From Eledone cirrhosa (Eukaryota): 64,000 nt of DNA. Each line of letters begins with the position of its first letter. Within the stretch, counting starts at the first letter, position 1. Where the stretch lies: contig OZ024742.1 in assembly GCA_964016885.1 (NCBI GenBank), positions 41,974,001 through 42,038,000 on the forward strand, read 5' to 3'. The position numbers and the translations under genes are program-made. Under the pieces are notes generated by a model, which saw nothing but the letters and a program-made list of their open reading frames with translations, did not search any database and was not told where the DNA came from. Shown one piece after another: positions 12,974-24,299 of this stretch.

Positions 12974-14563
12974 ATGCTGAAAGCAAAGCCTGCACGAAAG
13001 AACATTACTGTAGAAATTAAGAAAGAACTTATTTCTAAGAGAGAAAGTGGCATCGGTTTAACTGAACTCAGTGTGGAGTATGGTCTGGCCAAATCTACAA
13101 TTTGTACTATTTTGAAGAAAAAAGATGAGCTAAAAAATGCTAGGGTGGCCAAAGGCATATGCAGGCTCAATAATACTCGTGCTTCACATACAGATGAAAT
13201 GGAAGATCTATTATTAGTATGGATTAAAGAAAAACAATTAGCTGGTGATTCAGTGAGTGTGTCATTTATTTGTGAAAAAGCTAAGTCGCTTTACGAACAG
13301 CTTGAGAGGGATGCTCTTATTACAAACGAGGGAAAACCAGTGGTTTTTAAAGCCAGCAAAGGTTGGTTCGAATCATTCAAAAAGCGTTCTGGTGTTTATA
13401 GTGTTATGAGGCACGGTGAAGCTACCTGTTCAGACACAATCGCTGCAGAAAAATATCGTGATTATTTTTGTAAGCTTGTGAAGGAGGGTAATTTCTTTTC
13501 TCAGCAGGTGTTTAATTGCGATGAGACATGTCTATTTTGGAAAAAAATACCCGACGGGACCTATAGCACACAGGAGGAGACCAAACTGTCTGGACATGAA
13601 CCAATGAAGGATAGGTTAACCTTGCTTTTATGTACGAATGCTTCAGGGGATTTGAAAGTGAAACCACTCGTAGTATGTCATTCGGAAAACCCCAGAGCCT
13701 TCAAGAACATCAACAGATTTGGTGTTCAGTGGGCTTCCAACTCGAAGGCCTGGGTTACCAGGAATTTATTTACTGCATGGTTCACTAATGTGTTTGCTCC
13801 CACTGTGCGTGACTACCTCAAAGAGAAGAGACTTCCTATGAAAGCCCTTCTTATTATGGACAATGCTCCAGCACACCCTCTCACCCTCATGGACCAAATG
13901 CCACAGGAGTTTAACTTCATTACAGTCCATTTCCTTCCTCCTAATACTACTTCTCTATTACAGCCCATGGATCAGCAGGTGATTGAATGCTTTAAAAAAA
14001 TATACACAAAACATCTATTTAGGACTTGTTTTGAAGCGATTTCGTCTACTGATGTAACATTAGATGAGTTTCGGAGAAAGCACTTCACCATTGCTGATGC
14101 TGTCTGTTTGATAGTGAAATCATGGAGAGAGCTCTCATCTAAAAGGCTGAACTCTTCTTGGAGACCATTGTGGCCTGATGCTGTCTATTCAACGGATTTT
14201 GAAATGTTTGAGACAGAGTCTGTAGTTGAAATATTATGTTTGGGCAATTCAATGGGACTGGAAGTGAATGAAAAAGACATAAATGATTTAGTAGAGAAGC
14301 AAGGAATAGAACTGTCCATCAACGATCTGATGGAGCTACACCGAGAAGAGGCTGAATCTTTACAAGTTCAGAACTCTGAGGAAGAAAATGAAAAGAAAAC
14401 TATTTCAGAAGAAGAGATAATGAAGATATTTAGTCTGTGGCATGAACTCACAGACATGGTAAGAACATATCACCCACTCTCAGAGGAGGTCGAGTCAGGT
14501 GTCGACTATTTTTCTGATAAAGTGTTGCACTATTTTTGTACTGTCCAGACCAATAGACTGTGA
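12974..14563 (+). CDS. pogo/Tigger-family (TIGD/CENP-B/Jerky-like) transposase, 529 aa, intronless, nested antisense in an FBXO47 intron
   Basis: Uninterrupted ORF with good Kozak context (ACCATG). It has an N-terminal HTH (KKELISKRESG...YGLAKSTICTILKKK), a CENP-B HTH (FKASKGWFESFKKR) and an intact catalytic triad FNCDET / IMDNAPAH / LQPMDQ (DD36D spacing). No matching TIRs seen. Confidence 0.9.
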   Translation: MLKAKPARKNITVEIKKELISKRESGIGLTELSVEYGLAKSTICTILKKKDELKNARVAKGICRLNNTRASHTDEMEDLLLVWIKEKQLAGDSVSVSFICEKAKSLYEQLERDALITNEGKPVVFKASKGWFESFKKRSGVYSVMRHGEATCSDTIAAEKYRDYFCKLVKEGNFFSQQVFNCDETCLFWKKIPDGTYSTQEETKLSGHEPMKDRLTLLLCTNASGDLKVKPLVVCHSENPRAFKNINRFGVQWASNSKAWVTRNLFTAWFTNVFAPTVRDYLKEKRLPMKALLIMDNAPAHPLTLMDQMPQEFNFITVHFLPPNTTSLLQPMDQQVIECFKKIYTKHLFRTCFEAISSTDVTLDEFRRKHFTIADAVCLIVKSWRELSSKRLNSSWRPLWPDAVYSTDFEMFETESVVEILCLGNSMGLEVNEKDINDLVEKQGIELSINDLMELHREEAESLQVQNSEEENEKKTISEEEIMKIFSLWHELTDMVRTYHPLSEEVESGVDYFSDKVLHYFCTVQTNRL

Positions 14564-15422
14564 CAGTTGACCCTAGATTCTTTCTTTAAAAGAATGACCC
14601 AACAACCTTCTACTTCTACTATCCCTTTTTCTTCAATTAGAGAAAATCCAGATGATTTTTCTACAGAAGAAAGTAGTTCTAAAAGACATAAAAGAGATGA
14701 CCACTCTTCTAGATAACTTCCTTTCATCTCAAAGGTTGCTGCCCTTCACTTATATAAACACCCTGCCAAATGCAAGCAAGAAATTGTCTGATTCTTCAAA
14801 TGTTTATAATCTTATCTGTAAATTTTTAATTTACTTGTTGGACACACAAAAGTCATGTTGAACTGTTTCCTTTGGTTGATATATCACACAAATTGAAACT
14901 TACAATAATTTTAATTATATAAATTAATTAATTTGTTATCATTTAAAAAATGTTGACAGGTTTTTGAAATGTTACTTATCATGTAACACCTGCGTTCCAT
15001 GCTGGTGTGGATTGGACAGGTTGTCATGGAGAGACCTCATCTTCTTCATACGTTCTATATTTGACATGATGCCCTAATGCTAACCACCTTATACAGTGTA
15101 CTGGATACATTTTATTGTGGCACCAGCACTATCACTTTACACAGTCTACTGTTTATTAGATCTGTTAACTTTTATATCTTTGTAAGAGACATCTTGGAAA
15201 TAATCTCTGCATTTTTGTATTCTTGTAATTTATTTCCTTATTTTACAAATATTACATTGTTTTTCTTATATGATTTGCATTTTATTAATTTTGAACATGT
15301 GAACTTTCATATTTGTCATGGGGTTTGTAATGAATTGTCCCTAAATATCTATTTCAGTTGTTATATTAAGGCAGTTTTGAATTAGATTTATAACCAAAAG
15401 GTCAACTATATATATATATATA

Positions 15423-17003
15423 TGGCGTAAAAGTTGGTGTTCATCAGGGCTCCGTCCTTAGCCCCCTACTATTTATTATTGCCCTTCAGGCTATAACAGA
15501 GGAGTTCAAGACCGGCTGCCCATGGGAACTCCTATACGCAGATGATCTAACGCTCATAGCTGAATCAATGGCTGAACTAGAGAAGAAATTCCAAACATCG
15601 AAGCATGGCCTAGAATCAAAAGGCCTTAAAGTTAACCTGTCTAAGACTAAAGTTCTAGTTTGTAGGAAGGAAAATAGGGCACCGGTCCCATCTGGGAAAT
15701 GGCCATGCTCAGTGTGTAGGATGAGTAGGCAGAAACTCTATTTTATGTCCCAAATGCAAAGTATGGGTGCATAAAAGATGTAGTGGGATCACAGGTAAGC
15801 TAACTAAGAATATAGATTTTATATGTGGCTGGTGCTCTGGTGCAATAAGTAGCAGCAAGTGCCCACAGAATACTAGCTCATTCCATTGCACAGATGGTTC
15901 TATAGAAATAGTGGACACCTTCCGTTACCTGGGTGACAAAATCAGCAGTTGGGGGAGGGTACTCTGAAAGTACAGTAGCTAGAGTCAGAACGGGATGGAA
16001 TAAGTTCAGAGAGCTTATACCACTATTGGCCGCTAAAGGGTTCTCTCTAAAAATGAAAGGCAGGCTGTATGATGCCTGCATACGAACAGCAATGTTACAT
16101 GGCAGTGAGACCTGTGTGCAGAGGATATACACAGACTGGAGTGAAACGAAGCTTGCATGCTCCGCTGGAATATATACGTGAACGGCAAAGCATAAACGAA
16201 CTAAGGGAGAAATTAGGAATAAGAGGGATCAGATGTTGTTTACTCGAGAGAAGACTACGTTGGTACGGTCACGTGATGCGCATGAAAGACGACAGCTGTA
16301 TAAAAAAGTACAGGGCGATAAAAATAGACGGTAGCCATGGAGTAGGCAGACCCAGAAAAACCTGGGACGACTTGATAAATTCCGACCTCACACACTTACA
16401 CCTCTCCAAGACAATGTCACTGGACTGAGATCTTTGGCGCTACACAGTTATACAGAAGACCCGCCTTACCTAAGTACAAAGCGAAACCTACAGTCAGTAG
16501 GCACCTCTAACAAAATACACCCCGTCCCACTACCCCCACCCCATTCACACCACCCCCTTAAATGTGAAGTTATGTTGGTACCACAACATCCAGTCCGAAA
16601 CAAATGAGGTCATGTAGGTGTCACGACAAAAAAAAACACACAGTCCACGCTGTAATGTGGACGTGTAGGTAACACGGTAAAAACCTCCCAGTACACACTG
16701 TAAACGTGGTTGGTATTGAGAAGGGCACCCAGCCATAGAAAACCCGCCAGACGTGTAGGTGTCACAACAAAAACACACAGTCCACGCTGTAATGTGGCCG
16801 TGTAGGTAACACGGTAAAAACCACCCAGTCCACACTGTAAACGTGGTTGGTGTTAGGAAAGGCATCCAGCCGTAGAAAACCCACCAGACAGTCCTATACG
16901 AGCAGGACAACCAATCTTGTCTCAAGTGGGAAAACTCCCGTCCAAACCCATGCAAGCGTGGAAGATGGACGTTAAACAATGATGATGATGGTGATGATGA
17001 TGA
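15423..17003 (+). mobile_element. 5'-truncated RTE LINE with (GAT)n tail
   Basis: GVHQGSVLSPLLF, LYADDL, PHD-like CxxC, RRLRWYGHV and GRPRKTW motifs; highly similar to 39270-40707. Confidence 0.88.
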
Positions 17004-17074
17004 TATATATATATATATATATAAAACGTATATATACACACATACACATATATATATATATATGTATATATACG

Positions 17075-17694
17075 ATGGCTGCCCCCTCGTTATCGAGTAT
17101 GACCATTGCACGATATACCATTATTAATAATTATTAATTAATTCTATCGTGCAATGCTTGTGCGTGAAGATATTTTGTAAAGTGAGGAAAGGCTGTGCAC
17201 TGAGCCAATCCCACTCTCTGAGCGACAGTAGCTATAACCCGAAAAGAAGAAAATATCTACATCATCGGTAACTACTGAGCCGCAGGTTTTATATCGGAGT
17301 TAACCCAGTTTCCTGAGATGCCTTCTCCTAGAAGAATGCCCTGACAAAGGCTAGGGGTCCTTCACTCCCAGTGGTTTAACCAGGCGATTGGGTGTCCAGC
17401 CCGACTATTTCTATGTTCCCGCGCATATACATACACATGCACCCATACACATATACATATACACACATATGTACATGTGTATATACATATTTACACACTT
17501 TTGGATGGCCGTTGACTCTTATGAGTTCTTCCACCCCTTTGTCAGGTTTTGTTTTTTGTCCTGCAGAGTGTCCAAAATCACCCTCCTCACCAAGTAAACT
17601 TGGTGGGGTTGCCGGTTTAGTCGCCGACGACCCCACCATGCGACAGGTTGTACTGGGTTACATGTTACCAGTAGCACTCAAGAGTGACCCGACA
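17075..17694 (-). mobile_element. Non-autonomous bipartite RTE derivative (5'UTR + 3' tail) with internal microsatellite
   Basis: Similar copies at 41155-41760, 56085-56385 plus 60432-60478, and 60502-61063; 3' tail ...catactcgataacgagggggcagccatc. Confidence 0.7.
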
Positions 17695-17748
17695 TGTATA
17701 TATATACACACACACATATACATATATATACATATATATATCAAATAA

Positions 17749-18130
17749 GAGTAGTTAAGACAGGATTATTTCACCATAATTGTTTAGTGCAGAAATATAT
17801 ATCATGCAATAAACAATTATGGTGATATAATCCCGTCTTAACTACTCTGATAAATGTATACTCCGTCACTCTTAATCACCAACTCTTAGCTGGGATAAAC
17901 TACTAAAGTGAAGTGCTTTTGGATTGCTAGGACCGGCTTATCCTCAAGAAGTTATGACGTAACAACTACATATAAGCAACATTCTTCTGCAATATATACA
18001 TATCTGATGATTTCTCACGAATGAAACGGTTCTAGTCCTGTAGAAGCTCTTCTATATTAAAACTTTTATACTCTGCTATGTATTGAGTACCTTACTTACT
18101 GTGGTTACCTCCGATTCAACCCGGAATAAG
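17749..18130 (+). mobile_element. Penelope-like pseudo-LTR remnant: inverted repeat plus degenerate hammerhead motif
   Basis: Palindrome 17749-17847; CTGATGA...GAAAC at 18004-18027; gtattgagtac motif shared with the 26256-26453 fragment. Confidence 0.5.
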
Positions 18131-18631
18131 GTGCAGAATGCTCAAAGTTGATGGAAGCCTTGGAGTGGGGAGACCCAGGAAGACTTGTGATGAGGTGATA
18201 AAAGCTGACCTTGTTCAATTACATCTCTCAAAGACATTATCACAGGACAGAGATCTCTGGAATTATGCAGTAATACAGAAGACCCGCCTTCTTATGGGCA
18301 CAGGCTGAAGCTGAAGCATATATATAGTTTGCACCATCCCACCCTTCCATACATCTCCCATGAGGACAGGCTGAAGCATACATTTAGTGAAGCCCCCAGC
18401 CCACACTGTAAAGTGCTCATAATGGCAACATGACAAAAAGTACCCAGCCCTCACTGTAAAGTGGTTGGCTTTAGGAAGGGCATCCAGCTGTAGAAAGCAA
18501 GCCAAAATCAGTTCTGTATGAAAAAGACATGGTCACCTGACCTGGGATTTCTCACAACAGGACAACTCATCTAGCCCATGCTAGCATGGAAAAATGGATG
18601 CTAAATTATGATGATGATGATGATATATACA

Positions 18632-20060
18632 TAGCCAAGAGACAGGCATAGAAAAATGGGAGTAGCAGAGACTGGTACCAGGTAGCTAAGGGAACAGCTA
18701 TACACAGCTCAGAGAAAGGCTGAAGAAAGAAAGTTTGCCAATGTCCTGAAATAGGAGGATCAAAGATGCAAAGTTGTTGGAGAAAACTGTGTTAGAAATG
18801 ACACTGGTGCATTTAGCACTACTGGTACTCAAAAGAAAGAGGCCTAGAAATGTTACTATCATAGACTGATGAATGTAGAGAATAAATGGGAGGAAGAAAA
18901 ACTACCCCCAACATACACAACAGAAGGACCAGCTATTGAAGTAAACAGTTATAGGGTCAAGGAAGCAATCAAAGAGATGAAGAATGGTAAAGCTGCAGGA
19001 CCATCAGAAATAGTTCCTGAGATGCTAAAAGCATCAGGAGGAATAGGAGTTGAACTAGTAACTCACATAATTAATCAGGTAATACAGGATAGTGTCATAC
19101 CTTATGACACAATCATAAATTGCTACAAGGGAAAAGGCGATGCTATAGCAGAATAAATCTAATGGACCAAGTTATAAAAGTGTTGGAAATAGTTATAGTG
19201 CAACTAATTAAAGAAAGAGTCAAATTAGATGAGATGCAGTTTGGTTTCATGTTTGGGAAAAGTATTACAGATGTCCTCTTTTTAGTGAGGCAACAAGTTC
19301 CTAACCAAAAATAAGCCACTATACCTAGTTCTCGTTGATCTAGAAAAAGCCTTTGACAGAGTACCTCAATCTATTTTCTGGTGATCCTTAAGGAAATTAG
19401 GTGTAGACGAATGGTTGGTGAAAGCAGTACAAACCAGGTACAGAGAAGCTATCAGCAAACTGAGTTTAGTGAGGATTTCAAGGTACAGGTTCATCAGAGT
19501 TCAGTTCTTAGCCCTCTATTATTCATTATAGTTCTGGCTATAACAGAGGAGTTTAAGACCGGCCGCCCATGGGAACTTCTCTATGCAGATGATCTGGTCC
19601 TTATAGCTAAATCAATTAAAGAACTGGCAATTAAGTTCTGTTTGTGGAAACAGAATTTGGAATCAAAAGGGCTGCGAGTAAACTTAGCTAAAGTGCTCGT
19701 GAGTAGAAGAGACGACATGACCTTGATTCCTTCAGGGAAGTGGCCTTGTTCCATATGTAGAAAGGGAGTAGGCATAAACTCCATATGATGTACACAATGT
19801 AAATCTTGGGTACACAAGAAACGTAATGGATAATGGGTAGACTAATAGGAAGGGAAGACTTTGTATGTAGATGCACAGGGGTAACAATGGCGAAGAGCAC
19901 CAGTGATGTAAACCCATTCCAGTCACAGGAAGGACCCATAGAAGTGGTTGATAGCTTCCACTATTTAAGCAATTTAATTAGCAATGGAGGAGGGTGCTGT
20001 GAGAGCATAATAACTAAAATAAGGATAGGATAGAAGAAATTTAGAGAGCTAATCCTTCTC
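18632..20060 (+). mobile_element. Degenerate RTE LINE
   Basis: MKNGKAAGPSEIVPEML, QFGF, DLEKAFDRVP, LYADDL and KWPCSIC fragments with stops. Confidence 0.85.
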
Positions 20061-20399
20061 ACAGCAGAACACCATAGTTTTGGGACCCACAATTACAGTT
20101 TGGAACTGGATGACACGGCTATGAGGGGGACAGGCCAGTTGGCCGTGCCAAACCCTTTTCACAGCAGAATCAGAGTTTGGTGTGTATATATATATACACA
20201 CACATATAGTTTTGAGAATTTTTCTCTTCAGGTACTTTTAATTCACCTACGTAACTGTCACTCTAATACATCCTTCATATGGCTTATAATAAGCTAACAT
20301 TCCAAATCTTATTTTTCCAGGTTGAAGGTTCAGGCTGCTACAGCACTTTAAACACTACCCGTCATATACGTCTTGTCACAGCTGACTGGTTCCATAATG

Positions 20400-21125
20400 C
20401 AGTCAGGAAGTGAGGACAACTTGGAGGTTTGATATGTAATAAAGTTTTGTCAAGCTCGGCAAAAATGCTCTAGAAAGCCGCTGATGGATTAACTTTCATG
20501 AGTCAGACTGTTTTTCGCTGGCACAAGAGATTCAAGGAGTGCAGGGAGCAGGTGAGGGATGATGGCAGGGAGATTTATATCAGGATGCCAAAGTTAGTTG
20601 ACAAAATTTGCAAATTTCTGGATGAGGACTGTCATCATCATGTTCTGATGATTGCTAAACAATTTGAAGTAGCAGAGGGCACTGCACACAGAGTTATTCA
20701 TGCACAAAGTTTGTTCTGAGGGTGCTCAATGAAAATCATAGACAGAGGCATGTTGATGACAGCAAGGAAATGGTTGAGTGGATTGCTTCGAATCCCAGTG
20801 TCCTTGAGTCTCTGGTAACCTGTGACAAGAGCTGGGGTCTACTGTTATGATCCAGAGACCAAGAGACAGAATGCCCAGTGGAAACATTTTAACTCCCCAA
20901 AACCCAAGAAGGCCAGGCAAAACTGGTCCACTGAGAAGCTCATGATGATCACAGTCTTCAACAGCAAGGGCATCATCTACATCCACTGGGTCCCAACGGC
21001 TAGACAGTCAACAAAAAGTGTACTGTGTAGAGGTTTTGGGGCAGTTTAGAAAGAGATTTTGTCGCAAAAGACTAGAACTCTTCAGGGCTAGTCAGTGACA
21101 CCTGCATCAGGGCAATGCCCTCTGC
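20400..21125 (+). mobile_element. Mariner transposase remnant
   Basis: VFRWHKRFK, (W)VYCYDPETKRQNAQWKH..SPKPKKAR and GIIYIHWVP motifs; disrupted. Confidence 0.85.
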
Positions 21126-21400
21126 CAGGGCCCTGCTCAATAAGTAAAAATAGAGTGGGTATAAACTCTATACGATGTACACAATGTAAATCTTTGGTAT
21201 ACAAGAGATGTAGTGGGATAACAAGTAAGCTAACAGGTAGGGAAGACTTTGTAGAGAATGCACAGGGGTAACCAAGGGGAAGATAACCAGTGACGTAAAC
21301 CTATTCCAGTCACATTAAAGACCCATAGAAGTAGTTGATAGCTTCTGCCATCTAGACAATGTAATTAGCAATTTTTATTTTCTTACACCATACAGAATAA

Positions 21401-21496
21401 ATCCTCTGAAGAGAAATCCACTCTGTTAATGATGGTTATATCAATCTATTGAAGGGCTATATGTTATTCTTTGGACTTTGAAACTGCAGTAAGGGT
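21401..21496 (+). ncRNA. Type I hammerhead ribozyme motif (Penelope/retrozyme type, palindromic stem III)
   Basis: Stem I ATCCT/AGGGT; core CTGAAGA (21406-21412); stem II GAAATCCA/TGGACTTT; GAAA; stem III CTGCAG; cleavage triplet GTA. Confidence 0.65.
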
Positions 21497-21937
21497 AATT
21501 TTTTTATCCCTAGGTAAGGATGCTTCCTCAGTAATCTACCCCTCAGTGATTTATATGAGATGTTCTTTATGTATTTGCTTCTCTGAATGAGATTATTTTA
21601 GTGATCTCTTTTCATTGGGATGTTATGTATATTCTGACAAATTTACTGATATATGCTAGTGTGGAAAATGGATGTTAAATGATGATGATGATGATGATGA
21701 TATATATATATATTAATTGTTTCTACTTTTTGGCACAAGGCCAGCAATTACCCAGTGTATTACTGGTACTTTATTTTATCGACCTCGTAAGGATGAAAGG
21801 CAAAGTTAACCTTGGCGAGATTCGAACTCAGAATGGCAAGGGCCGTAACTCTGCGTCAAAGCATAGCGCATATATTATTGGTAATCAATATGATATAATA
21901 GCTGAAATATTCAAATTAAACTTTAAGAATTACTCAC

Positions 21938-22105
21938 CTAACTGCTTAAATCTATAATAATATTCCTCTTTCTCTTGTTGAGTTAGGATTTCATGGTGGA
22001 ATGGATTTGGAAGTAAGTGTCGACCAGATGGTCTGGTAGTCTTGAACCCATCAATAAGATTTCTCATGCCCTTTGATGTAATTGTTAATATACTTAAGTC
22101 ATCAA
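21938..22105 (-). CDS. FBXO47: FBXO47 exon (VDDLSILTITSKGMRNLIDGFKTTRPSGRHLLPNPFHHEILTQQEKEEYYYRFKQL)
   Basis: ttttag|...|gtgagt, 168 bp, phase 1-1, open frame; continues the F-box. Confidence 0.9.
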
Positions 22106-22369
22106 CTAAAATATAAAATTTGTATAGAATTTTTAAAGCAAGAATACAAATGCCTTTGATATGAAATAAAATGAAATTGAAGCAATAGAAAGATTAATAA
22201 GTAGATAGGTAGATATCGGTGCTGCAGTTGGGATTTTACCTATCTCTACACCTACTCCCATGATTAGTGGTCTCCTCAGTCCCAGCACTGCAGACACTAC
22301 ATATATATATAAAGAGAGAGAGAGATTGGGTGGCTAGAGAAAGAGAAACTTGTATATTTGCATGTGTAG

Positions 22370-23270
22370 GAGTAACTACAGATGCATCAAATTGATGGAC
22401 CAAGTTATGAAAATCACAGAAAGAATTATAGCACAACTGATTAGAATGAGAATTGGCTTAGATGAGATGCAGTTTTGATTTGAATAATGTTAGGGTACCA
22501 CCAGTGATTTCTTTCTTGTAAGATAACTACAAAAAAAGTTCTTAGCTGAGAGCAAGCTACTATACATAGCATTTGTTGACCTGGAGAAGGCGTTTGACAT
22601 GAACCACACACTCTACTCTGGTTGTCACCAAGAAAACTAAATAAATAGATTATGAAAGCTGTGCAGTCAATGAGCAGAGATACTTATGAAGCTGAAAGTT
22701 AGCAATGAATTCAGAGAAGAATTTAGCAAGCAAGTAGGTGCCCATCAAAGCCTGATTCTCAGCCACCTATTGTTTATTAGAATTCTTTAGGCCATAACAG
22801 AGGAATTTAAGTCAGGCTGTCTATGGACATTTTTAATGCTAAAATCATAGTTCTTGAAGCTGAATCTATTGAAGATTTAGATAAGTAATTCCAAACTTAG
22901 AAGCAGAAACTAGAATTAAGAGGCCTCAAAGTAAACCTAGCAAAGATGAGTTTTAGTTAGCAGGAAAGTATACAGAGCTATACTGTTGCCTGAGTAGTGG
23001 TCATGCTCAATATACAGAAATGAAGTAGGTAGGAATACCATATAGTGTACTCGATGTAAACTGGGTGCACGAGAGGTGTAGTAGGATTATATGCAGATAA
23101 GGAAAACTTTGTTTGTGGTAGATGCATTGGTATAGTTAGTAGTAAGAGCACTTGTGAAATGAATTTTGTCAAAGGCTTAGAAGGCTCATTAGAAATAGTT
23201 GATATTTTCTGTTACCTATATGCCTTAATTACTAATAAAGAGAAGTTTTCCAAAGGCATAGAAGCCAGAG
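22370..23270 (+). mobile_element. Old degenerate RTE LINE fragment (a similar fragment lies at 24840-25800)
   Basis: Recognisable AFVDLEKAFD, HQ.SxLSxLLF and PHD remnants. Confidence 0.7.
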
Positions 23271-23484
23271 TATTATCATTTTGCAGGTCTTAACTAATTC
23301 AAAACAGTCTTGACCTAGTTGACACCACAAAGCCAAGTCATATTTTAGTTAGTAATAAGACAGTAAGCATGCACATACATGTACACCAGGTCCAAACACA
23401 GAGGAGCCAAACTCCTACTGTCATCACCTACATTTCTCACTATTATGAGCAAATGGGGTCCCATGTGCTGGCCACCCCACAGCC

Positions 23485-23720
23485 CCGTCGGACAGAATAG
23501 AGAAGGCGTTTCCCAAGAGGATGGTAAGGGAGATGTGCTGGAAGAGCCATTCCATCTCGCGAGGCTCACACCTGCGACTCGCCAGTTCAGTGCCTATGGT
23601 GGTAAATAGGGAGGTAGCTCTAGGGCCAAGGACACCAGAAGTCTCCACTACTAGGGGCTCGACTGCAAACCTGTCGGAGAGCAACCGATACTTGGAGAGT
23701 TAGCATGTTTTTTCAGATAA
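23485..23720 (-). mobile_element. CRE-like non-LTR retrotransposon RLE C-terminus
   Basis: FAVEPLVVETSGVLGP...WLFQHISLTILLGNA. Related fragments lie at 24655-24815 (+; DGITI..IWDVTC) and 30400-31365. Confidence 0.65.
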
Positions 23721-24149
23721 CTAGATATTTTATAAAACAACAACAAGCATTTTAAGTTCATTTTCGCTACTAAAGTAGGGTTATGCTTGCAGGCCCCATG
23801 ACAAGCAATTCCATATTGTCTTATCTTCTGCATTCCCTCACCAACACCTTACTTTCAGTTGCTCCTCCATCATGTCTTTCTTGGTTTTTCCTTTCCTCTG
23901 CTTACACATTCATTTCTATCACACCTTTTTTTCCAGTCACTTTCATACTTCCTCAACACACGATCTAGCTATTTCATTTCTCTTCACATTTATCACTGGC
24001 TCTACCCCTTTCATCCAGCCACTTTCATCTTTCCTCAACACATAACCTACTCATCTCATTCCATTTCTCTTCACAACATTCATCACTGGCTCAGTTCACA
24101 TCACTCTCTGCAAAATATAAAAGCCTGTTACTTGGAATCAATATTTTAC

Positions 24150-24299
24150 CTGTAAGATATGTTAAAAGATGAAATTTCAGTTCCAAAGGCAATATATCAA
24201 AATAACCTAAATGCTTATGCTTCACTGTATTTTCTATTTTTTTCATCTCCAATCTGTTTGACCGTCTAGGTTTTTTAGCTGCGAGAAAAGCTTTAAAAT
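24150..24299 (-). CDS. FBXO47: FBXO47 exon with F-box start (FKAFLAAKKPRRSNRLEMKKIENTVKHKHLGYFDILPLELKFHLLTYLT)
   Basis: ttatag|...|gtaaaa, 150 bp, phase 1-1. The RRSNR and LGYFDILPLEL motifs resemble vertebrate FBXO47 (LRRSNR...FGNFKALPLEIF) as I recall it. Confidence 0.9.
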
